DNA of 64,000 bases from an uncultured delta proteobacterium (GTDB taxonomy: Bacteria > Desulfobacterota > Desulfobacteria > Desulfobacterales > B30-G6): positions 132,602 to 196,601 of the forward strand of contig CAVOZW010000027.1 of the NCBI GenBank assembly GCA_963701385.1, given 5' to 3'. The notes below the pieces were generated by a model. That model worked only from the letters and a program-made list of their open reading frames with translations. It had not been told where the DNA came from and made no database searches. Numbering within the stretch: position 1 is the first letter of the stretch; each line of letters starts with the position of its first letter. The position numbers were made by a program, and so were the translations under genes. Below are positions 9,048 to 16,732 of the stretch, in pieces.

Positions 9048-10441
9048 CTCCCGGAAAAGAAGCCTTGTTGATATTGGCCCGTTCCGGAATGGAGTTGTCC
9101 TGGCGGTATGCCTGGGTCGGGTTTCTGATGTTGTCCATATACCAGCGGGTTTTCCCCCTTGCCGAAACAGCCGCTGCGTTTGCCATGGCCATAGGCTTGA
9201 ATCACCTGTCCGCAAATCGAAACTGGCGTTTATATCAGGGCCTGCTCCTTGAAGCAGCAGGCATTGTCTTTGTCACCCTGCTGTTCGTGTACCGGCTGTG
9301 GTTTGAAACGGTTTCTTTTTTCAGTTTCACCTGGGTAGGTGTTTTTTTCCGGGACCCCTGGAGCCTGTCCCAAACATTCATGTTGATATTGATGCTTTTC
9401 TGTTTGCTGGTGATATGGCGGGGGGGACGGGCACTGGTAACCCATCCCATGGATTATGATACGATATGCATTCAATTCGACAAGGGGCTCGGATTTTTTA
9501 TTCTCCTGCTACTGGTCAAATTTCTGATTCAGGAAAAAACCGGTACTCTCGTGCACGGTCTGGCCCTTGGATTTCTGGTGGGTGCCTTTTTTATTTTCAG
9601 CCTGCTCTCCATCTTCCTAGCCCGCAAACAAAACGACGTAGAAAAAGCCTTTATGACCGGCTATCACGGCATCGGTATCACCTTGAGCCTGACATCGATC
9701 ATGATCCTTTTAGGTTCAGGCGCGACCTTCTTTTTTTATCCCATCTTAACCCAAGTGGCGGATTCATCTCTTGTGCTTGTCAAGGGTATCACCGAACCCC
9801 TGATACCTGCACTGATTGCCATTCTCCTTTTCTTTTTTTCCCCGCGTAATATCCGGCTGGGCAGCGAAATCGAATCCAATACGCCCGAGTTGCCGGACGA
9901 TCTGGTCAATGCCCCTGTCAGCGACTGGGTCGTCTCCCTGTTGCATTCCGTTTCACTAGGAGTATCCGTGGTTATCGGTATTGTGGCCCTTATACTAGTG
10001 GGCCTCTTCATTCGTCATCTGATTCGTCTGCTGATGAGGAAAAATACCGCAAACAACGTCCCGGGCAGGTCCCTGTCCTGGATTGTAGACCTAATCAGGC
10101 GCCTGCTTTTACTGCCGATGCGCGTCTGGCAAGCCTTGTGCGCCCGGCTGAAAGGTGTTGAAAGCGCGACATGGATCTATATTGGATTGCTTCGATGGGG
10201 AAAACGAAGCGGACTTCGGCTAGGTCCTGGCGAAACACCTGCCGAGTATGGAAACCGATTGGTGCAGCACTTTCCTGCGCTTGGTGATGATATCACATCC
10301 ATTGTCGAGGCTTTCAACAGAGAAATATACGGGCAAATCACTATCGATCCTAAAACCATAGCTCGCCTGTTATCGGCACGCAGACACCTGAGACGTTTCA
10401 GACACTGGCCATCACGAATACAGAAAGGTTTCTTTCAATAA
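9044..10441 (+). CDS. Polytopic membrane protein with a DUF4129-like C-terminal domain (third member of the MoxR operon)
   Basis: ATGA overlap with the upstream gene. Multiple TM helices. The C-terminus 'PGETPAEYGNRLVQHFPALGDDITSIVEAFNREIYGQ' resembles DUF4129. Confidence 0.55.
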   Translation: MTPGKEALLILARSGMELSWRYAWVGFLMLSIYQRVFPLAETAAAFAMAIGLNHLSANRNWRLYQGLLLEAAGIVFVTLLFVYRLWFETVSFFSFTWVGVFFRDPWSLSQTFMLILMLFCLLVIWRGGRALVTHPMDYDTICIQFDKGLGFFILLLLVKFLIQEKTGTLVHGLALGFLVGAFFIFSLLSIFLARKQNDVEKAFMTGYHGIGITLSLTSIMILLGSGATFFFYPILTQVADSSLVLVKGITEPLIPALIAILLFFFSPRNIRLGSEIESNTPELPDDLVNAPVSDWVVSLLHSVSLGVSVVIGIVALILVGLFIRHLIRLLMRKNTANNVPGRSLSWIVDLIRRLLLLPMRVWQALCARLKGVESATWIYIGLLRWGKRSGLRLGPGETPAEYGNRLVQHFPALGDDITSIVEAFNREIYGQITIDPKTIARLLSARRHLRRFRHWPSRIQKGFFQ

Positions 10442-10457
10442 GAGCCCGATCGAATAG

Positions 10458-10593
10458 TAGGGGACGTCCTTGATTAATTTGACTTTTTTACATGCCGGGT
10501 CAGCTTTCGTATTATTATGCTATAAATCGTGCGACAGTACGACGCTTTGCTGACCATGAAAACGTAAGTCAAAATAGTCAAGGACGTCCCCTA
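10458..10593. repeat. 136-nt long inverted repeat (MITE-like element or structured RNA)
   Basis: The 26-nt arms TAGGGGACGTCCTTGATTAATTTGAC (10458-10483) and GTCAAAATAGTCAAGGACGTCCCCTA (10568-10593) are complementary at 24 of 26 positions. There is an inner second stem (CATG..GGTCAGC / GCTGACCATG). Confidence 0.8.
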
Positions 10594-10822
10594 AAAAAGT
10601 TTGCTTGACGATTGATAACATCTATATTAATGGTTCTTTGTAAATTCAGATTCGAATATGTATGTTTTTTGGCTGCCATCAAACTGAATTCCTTTTTCCT
10701 TATTACCGATCCGTATTCAGAATATTCGCTTTTTCGCTCAAGGTGACTGCGCAGACATGTAAGACCTTTTCATTGACACATTGAAATATGGGTCAAGATC
10801 TTTCCTAAAAAGGAAGCAAGCC

Positions 10823-11239
10823 ATGCAACGATATGGTTCCAGTTCCGAGAAGATGAGAGATATGAATGCGGATGATACCTTTTTGGGACGGGTCAAACTT
10901 CTCGTTGTCATGCTTAAAACGTTCTTGGGTGATTACCCTCTGGAAGGATATCGTCAAAAAGCGATTATTAAAAATGCTGATGCCGTTCAAAAAGTCTGTG
11001 AGGACTGGAATCGATATGTCATCCAGATACGATTGTCCTCTGAACGAAAAGAAGGTCTCGAGTTCGATCATATATTCCATCAGAGAATCAGTTTGCTTGC
11101 CACGATGGCCAAATCTTTTGTGGCCGCTGACCCAATGGGCTATCATCGAAAAAGGGTCATCAGAGCCAACATGGATTATGTATGTGAAGCGCTGCAGTTT
11201 AATCCGCAGGAAGATATGAAGCTATTAAAGGTCGCCTAG
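10823..11239 (+). CDS. Hypothetical protein with an internal two-fold repeat (138 aa)
   Basis: ATG with AGGAAG upstream. 'LGRVKLLVVMLKTFLGDYPLEGYRQKAIIKNADAVQKVCEDW' is echoed by 'HQRISLLATMAKSFVAADPMGYHRKRVIRANMDYVCEALQF'. Confidence 0.55.
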   Translation: MQRYGSSSEKMRDMNADDTFLGRVKLLVVMLKTFLGDYPLEGYRQKAIIKNADAVQKVCEDWNRYVIQIRLSSERKEGLEFDHIFHQRISLLATMAKSFVAADPMGYHRKRVIRANMDYVCEALQFNPQEDMKLLKVA

Positions 11240-11386
11240 TCTTCAATAATCCTTTCAACGCTGCAACCAATTCAGCGTCTCTGAAAAAATCTTTATCGAA
11301 CGGGCTGTGGCAAACATGATATCTGAAACAGGGTCGATCCGACACATTTTAACCTACCACCGACGAAGGGATGAAATAGCTTGTGA

Positions 11387-11959
11387 ATGAAGTTGAGTCA
11401 ATTTAACGACATCGTAAGTCGACGAAAGTTTTTAAAATCACTTTGCGTTACGGGAATTGTTACTGTTTTTCCCAGTTTTTCGTATGCCGCACTCATGCGG
11501 GAAGAACACCAGGCTCGACGTTTACATTTTTACCGCCCCAAAACCAAAGAAAGGTTGACATCCACCTATTGGATTGACGGTAAATACGTTGAGAGTGCGC
11601 TTTCTGATATAGACCACATCATGCGTGATCACCGCAAAGAGGTCGTGAGACAGATCGATACGACATTATTGGACCTTCTGCACCGCATCCAAATGGATCT
11701 TGGCGCATGTGAGCCATTCCACATATTGTCGGGCTATCGATGTCCCGAAACAAATGCCATGCTGAGAAAACAGGGCTGGGCTGTTTCTAACAAAAGTTTT
11801 CATGAAAAAGGTAAGGCAATTGATATTCGACTGCCTCAAACCCAGATTTCTTTGTTGAGGCGGGCGGCATACCGACAAAAAAAGGGTGGTGTTGGATATT
11901 ATCCAAAACTAAACTTTGTGCATATCGATGTGGGGTCCGTACGATATTGGACCAAGTAG
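11387..11959 (+). CDS. DUF882 / YcbK(MepK)-like peptidase M15 family protein, Tat-exported
   Basis: Twin-arginine signal 'SRRKFLKSL'. Motifs 'SGYRCPETN', 'SFHEKGKAIDIRLP' and 'GGVGYYPKLNFVHIDVG'. Confidence 0.8.
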   Translation: MKLSQFNDIVSRRKFLKSLCVTGIVTVFPSFSYAALMREEHQARRLHFYRPKTKERLTSTYWIDGKYVESALSDIDHIMRDHRKEVVRQIDTTLLDLLHRIQMDLGACEPFHILSGYRCPETNAMLRKQGWAVSNKSFHEKGKAIDIRLPQTQISLLRRAAYRQKKGGVGYYPKLNFVHIDVGSVRYWTK

Positions 11960-12147
11960 ACAATGAAAGATTTTTTGCATTAAAAGAACATCGCCCTGGG
12001 AAAAAAACTGAGGCCTGTTTCTAAAAAACCCTCTTAGAGGGCGGGCAGCGCTGACCGACAACCCAAAACATTTGCCTGCTAGTTTGGTCTTGATAAACAC
12101 CATTGCCAGTGCTAATGCAGAGGTCAAAATTCAAGCGGAGGATTAAG

Positions 12148-13299
12148 ATGAAGATCATAAAATGTACGTTGATAGGTATTCTTTTTGCTGGTCTGGTGTC
12201 TGTTTTCTATATTGCGTGCAGTAGCGGCGGCTCAGGCGGTGGTGACGACAATTCACCCACACAACCCACTTCTAAAGCAGAACTGGACCAGGAAACCGTA
12301 GACCAAACCATTGGTTTCGTGGATGACCTGCTACCATTTTGTTCTTTAGACAGCTCGATCTCCAGTTCTCTAAAGACCATGAATTCCGCCATCGAATTGG
12401 GAAAGGATTACAGCGACCAGCTGAAGCTGGCCCGGGCATCAAGCCGGCAATTTGAGACCCAGGCGGAAGACAGTGACGATACCGTCCTGGATGGCAATTG
12501 TGGCGGTACACTGACCCTCAGTTACACCGAAAATGAATCGACGGGTGTCATCACAGGTAGTGTGGTCTTGGACAATCTGTGTCTGGAGCTCGATGGTGAA
12601 ACCGAACCTACCCAATTCAACGCAAACGGCACACTTGCGATTTCGGGCAGCGTACAAGAGATCGATCCAGAAAACAATCGCACGGAACTCAATCTTTCAA
12701 CGTTGGCAGGCGGGATTACCTTTGGCGATGGTGAAACCGATTTTAGTATCGTCCTGGATGAAGCAGGCTTGATCATTACGGAAAGGGACGATGGTCTCGA
12801 TCTCAGCTTTACGCTGAGTCAATTGGTGATCGAAGAGGCAACCCAAAGTGGCACCAACACCTATACCCTGCAGGACGTATCCATCGGCCTTAGCATGACC
12901 GACCTGGGCAATGACGAAAACCGTGTCGAATTGACCGTCGACAGCCTGACCGTTCAAGAGGAAACCCAGGAAGGAACGAGAACCTATTCGCTGGAAGACG
13001 TCACCATCGTCATAACAGACGATGCATCGGGCAGCGAGCTGAGCATGAGCGGTACCTACATCGATAGCCAGGAAGGAGCCGTCACCGTTTCCACGCCGAC
13101 ACCCCTTGAAATCAATGAATCCGGAGAGGTCACAGCAGGTGCAGTCCTGATAGAAGGTGCCGGCGGAACCAGCGTGCTGCTGACTGTGACCGGAACCAAC
13201 AGCTTCGATATTCAGGCCGACACCGACGGTGATGGTGCCTACGATTATCAACCAGGTGATATGGATTGTTCTGATCTCGATCTAGGGTCACTGTTATAA
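12148..13299 (+). CDS. Acidic repeat-containing lipoprotein, unknown function
   Basis: GGAGG RBS. Signal peptide with lipobox '...VSVFYIAC'. The protein is D/E/T/S-rich and has an internal repeat ('LVIEEATQSGTNTYTLQDVSI' versus 'LTVQEETQEGTRTYSLEDVTI'). Confidence 0.65.
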   Translation: MKIIKCTLIGILFAGLVSVFYIACSSGGSGGGDDNSPTQPTSKAELDQETVDQTIGFVDDLLPFCSLDSSISSSLKTMNSAIELGKDYSDQLKLARASSRQFETQAEDSDDTVLDGNCGGTLTLSYTENESTGVITGSVVLDNLCLELDGETEPTQFNANGTLAISGSVQEIDPENNRTELNLSTLAGGITFGDGETDFSIVLDEAGLIITERDDGLDLSFTLSQLVIEEATQSGTNTYTLQDVSIGLSMTDLGNDENRVELTVDSLTVQEETQEGTRTYSLEDVTIVITDDASGSELSMSGTYIDSQEGAVTVSTPTPLEINESGEVTAGAVLIEGAGGTSVLLTVTGTNSFDIQADTDGDGAYDYQPGDMDCSDLDLGSLL

Positions 13300-13341
13300 G
13301 CATAGTCCAGGTAGTTCAACAAAGCCTTCACAGTATCATAC

Positions 13342-13377
13342 GAAAAGGGGCAACAACATTTGCTCGTTCCCCTTTTC
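13342..13377 (+). terminator. Candidate rho-independent terminator
   Basis: GAAAAGGGG-(18 nt)-CCCCTTTTC. The G4/C4 stem is followed by a T-run, 43 nt after the stop. Confidence 0.45.
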
Positions 13378-13514
13378 AAGATACACGCTCTGTTACCAAA
13401 TGACCGGGCTGGTCAACAACTGTAACCCATTTCAGGGGCCGATTGAACGTTTTATCGGCCCTGATGTTTTTGGGCGCCACCAGTCCCATCACCCTTTGAA
13501 GGAACAGATCGCTA

Positions 13515-14618
13515 ATGCTGTCTTTAAAAAACCTGTCCCGACATATCACCAGAACCTTGCTGACATTGATGGGGGTCGCTATCGGAATTGCCCTGTTTGT
13601 GGCCATTTCATCGTATGCAATGAACCTCAGGACCGAACTCGGTGCCCTGCTGACCAATAAATATGATCTCATCGTTCAGGGCCGAGACGCCACAAGTCCT
13701 TTTTCGTCAAGAGTAACCGAGGCTGAGTATCAAGAACTGACCGGGCTTGAAGGCGTGGATGACAGCCCGGCCATCATGCTCGATTCGATCAAGCTTCCCG
13801 AAAGCCCCTATTTTATCTTGGCTGGTACATCGTCGATCGAGCCTGTATTGAGCAGTATCAGCCTGATCGACGGCAGGCTTCCGGATTTGCGTGAGCCTGA
13901 AATCCTATTGGGCCGCAAAGCATCCATTAAATTACAACGCTCCATTGGTGATACGATTCAATTGCTCAACCCTGAACCGTATCGTGTTGTTGGAATCTAC
14001 GCCACCGGCAGTCGATTGTTCGATAACGGCATGATCATGAGCCTTAAAGATGCCAAGATAAATTTAAAGCGTAGTGCTGAAATCAATATCGTTCTGCTGC
14101 GACTCAAGGATGGGTATAGCCCTGAAAAGGTAATCCAAACCATTCAGCTGAAATTGAAAGATCTTTTGGTGACCGAAAGCCGGGATTTGCTGGGCCAGAT
14201 ACAAGTCGTCCAGGTTATCGACGCGATCTCAAAAGGCTTGTCTCTCGTGGCACTGGTAATTGCCGGTATTTTTGTCAGCAACACCATGTTAATGGTCATT
14301 AACGAGAGAACCCGCGAGATCGGCATCCTGATGGCCGTCGGATGGAGCCGTTTCATGATCTCAAGAACCATTTTTTTGGAAACAATGATCATCTGCTTCA
14401 TAGGCGGACTTGTTGGAAATCTGTTTGGCTATCTGATGCTGTGGGTCTCCAGCGAGAGCGGCGTGATTGGCCTGGACTGGGCAAGGGCCACGATTTCTAG
14501 TCTTATTTTTTATAAGTCCATGGGGTTGTCCCTGGTATTGGGCCTTTGTTGTTCACTGTACCCGGCCCTTATCGCCTCCCGGTTATCGCCCGTCCAAGCA
14601 TTGCGGTATGAAAGATGA
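13515..14618 (+). CDS. ABC transporter permease, FtsX/MacB/LolC type with a periplasmic domain
   Basis: N-terminal TM, about 200-aa loop, then 'MVINERTREIGILMAVGWSRFMISRTIFLETMIICFIGGLVG' and 'ASRLSPVQALRYE'. Confidence 0.85.
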   Translation: MLSLKNLSRHITRTLLTLMGVAIGIALFVAISSYAMNLRTELGALLTNKYDLIVQGRDATSPFSSRVTEAEYQELTGLEGVDDSPAIMLDSIKLPESPYFILAGTSSIEPVLSSISLIDGRLPDLREPEILLGRKASIKLQRSIGDTIQLLNPEPYRVVGIYATGSRLFDNGMIMSLKDAKINLKRSAEINIVLLRLKDGYSPEKVIQTIQLKLKDLLVTESRDLLGQIQVVQVIDAISKGLSLVALVIAGIFVSNTMLMVINERTREIGILMAVGWSRFMISRTIFLETMIICFIGGLVGNLFGYLMLWVSSESGVIGLDWARATISSLIFYKSMGLSLVLGLCCSLYPALIASRLSPVQALRYER

Positions 14619-15274
14619 AAATTTCAATAGCAAATGTCTCCAAAAGCTATGACCGCCGTCTGACCCAAGCGCTGAGCAACATTTCTCTATCGGTTGAGTC
14701 CGGTCAAATAATCGGGCTGATGGGGCCATCCGGATCAGGGAAAAGCACCCTGTTGAATATCGTCAGCACCATGGATCAACCGACCAGCGGCGACGTGAAA
14801 GTAAATGGCAGACATCTTCAGCAGATGAAGCCCTGGTCACTTTTTCGCGCCAGGCATATCGGATTTATCTTTCAGTTTCATTACCTGTTACCGCAACTGA
14901 CCCTTCAGGAGAACGTGGAAATCCCGATGGTTGTGATTGAGAAATCAAGAAAAGTCAGATCGTCAAAAGCCAAACACCTGCTGCAAAAGGTAGATCTATT
15001 CCATAAACGACACGCTTTTGCCAATCGAATATCTGGTGGGGAAAGGCAACGAACAGCCATCGCACGTTCACTGGCCAACAGTCCCAAGCTGATATTGGCC
15101 GACGAACCCACCGGCAATGTCGATACGGATACAGGCATGAAGATTATGACATTTGTGATCGAATATTGTCGTGAGCACGCCACAACCATGATCGTTGCGA
15201 CACACAACCATGAAATAGCGCAATTGACCGATCGTACCATTTATCTTAAGAATGGACAGATTGACAGCCCATGA
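14615..15274 (+). CDS. ABC transporter ATP-binding protein (LolD/MacB-type)
   Basis: ATGA overlap with the upstream gene. Walker A 'GPSGSGKST', signature 'ISGGERQR', Walker B 'LILADEPTGNVD'. Confidence 0.9.
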   Translation: MKISIANVSKSYDRRLTQALSNISLSVESGQIIGLMGPSGSGKSTLLNIVSTMDQPTSGDVKVNGRHLQQMKPWSLFRARHIGFIFQFHYLLPQLTLQENVEIPMVVIEKSRKVRSSKAKHLLQKVDLFHKRHAFANRISGGERQRTAIARSLANSPKLILADEPTGNVDTDTGMKIMTFVIEYCREHATTMIVATHNHEIAQLTDRTIYLKNGQIDSP

Positions 15275-16299
15275 CCATTCATTGCCCCAGACCTTCGTCC
15301 AGTTTACATCGCGTATGGCTCCCTCTTTGGGGGGTGTTCCTTTTATTGACATGCTTGTATGCCTGTGACGATTTTCCACATGGCAGTAGCGATGGAAACA
15401 CACAGAAGCCTCATGTGATGGGGGATGTTTGGGCCATGACCTATCCGACAACCATTGCCTTGCAAACGGTGGATCATACGTTCATTGAAGCGCTTGATGC
15501 CGAGGGCAACCCCTACCACTGGAAATGCTTTGGTTATAAAAACGATGGTGACGAGCTTGCCGAAACGCGGACGAACACTGCTGCCGATATCACAACCGTA
15601 GGTTTTATGGCTTCCGAGCTGCCCTGTAAATGGCCCGCAGAATACTATCTTCGCATCGGGGTTTGTCACCAGTGTGCCAACCGGGCCCTGTACTACACCG
15701 GACAAACCGTTTCACTTTCCCGGGGTTATAATTTTTTCGCCGTTTTTTACGGAACCTATGGGGATGAAGAAGAGGAATCCTATCAGGAATACAGTATGCA
15801 AGAATGTTTGGCCTCGGCACCGGAATGGCAAGGGGGACTTTTGGGTATCGAATCCAGCACAATAGCACCTGTCATCAACTCCCAAGCATCAGCCTTCGCC
15901 GAAATTGCATTATATGACACGTATCAGATGGCAAGGCAAAACGGTCGCTCCTTTTCAGGAAAGACCTATGGATTCAAAGATTATCTGAATGATCTCTTTC
16001 GCATGAAGATCAACGCCAAATTAGGGGATGATTTTCCTGAAAGGGTCACGGATACCCTGTTATCTGTCCGTAACACCTATCGAGATAAAAAAAAAGCACT
16101 CGACCGTTCCACTGAAAACCTTCAGCCAACGGATGACACAGTGCTCGACAAATACGCTACACTGCTCAACGAACTGGCCGAAACCTACAAGCGGTACCTG
16201 ACACCCGCCGAATACGCGTCGTTGTTCAACCTGAACTACTTCGAACCGCTAGGGCTTGATCCATCCGCGCTTGAAAAAAAATGGGCTGGTTCACGTTAA
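15271..16299 (+). CDS. Hypothetical (lipo)protein, unknown function
   Basis: ATGA overlap with the ATPase gene. Hydrophobic leader ending in 'LLLTCLYAC'. No recognisable domain. Confidence 0.5.
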   Translation: MTIHCPRPSSSLHRVWLPLWGVFLLLTCLYACDDFPHGSSDGNTQKPHVMGDVWAMTYPTTIALQTVDHTFIEALDAEGNPYHWKCFGYKNDGDELAETRTNTAADITTVGFMASELPCKWPAEYYLRIGVCHQCANRALYYTGQTVSLSRGYNFFAVFYGTYGDEEEESYQEYSMQECLASAPEWQGGLLGIESSTIAPVINSQASAFAEIALYDTYQMARQNGRSFSGKTYGFKDYLNDLFRMKINAKLGDDFPERVTDTLLSVRNTYRDKKKALDRSTENLQPTDDTVLDKYATLLNELAETYKRYLTPAEYASLFNLNYFEPLGLDPSALEKKWAGSR

Positions 16300-16560
16300 G
16301 TTTGATACCAACGCATTCCCATGTTCCTCCTATGACCCCTGCTCTGGGAAGTTGTAGGGCAATTTTACCCAGAAACTGAACCGGAATGTCCACACAGCGG
16401 GTGATTCCTTTTTAATTTTTACCACACCCATCCCCCGATGTGAAAGAAACAAGGCCCATCGTGTGGCAGATTGCCCTGCTTTTGTCTGACACAGGCAACC
16501 AATCCCAATTGTCCAAACCCGGCCTAGGTCAAGTTTTTTTGCTCGGCATGGGCAAAGGAA

Positions 16561-16589
16561 TTGACTTTTTGCCCCACCTCGGTTACATA
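16561..16589 (+). promoter_or_regulatory. Candidate sigma70-type promoter for the ACIII/cbb3 operon
   Basis: TTGACT, 17 nt, TACATA. It is followed by tandem TGTCAC TGTCAC at 16601-16612. Confidence 0.3.
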
Positions 16590-16732
16590 AACAACATAGT
16601 TGTCACTGTCACAATGTTACATGTAATCGGATTGTTGCAGAAGATCACCCCATGGTCTATTAAATCTCTTCCGGACACCATGGCCCTGTCGAATCCAAAA
16701 ATGCATACAACGTCGTCGGAGTGCTTCTTGAC

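Noticed and set aside
12023-12041. AAAAAA-CCCTC-TTA-GAGGG, which on the minus strand looks like a small terminator (hairpin followed by a T-run).
   Set aside because: The stem is only 5 bp, and no minus-strand gene is positioned to use it. The evidence is too weak to call.
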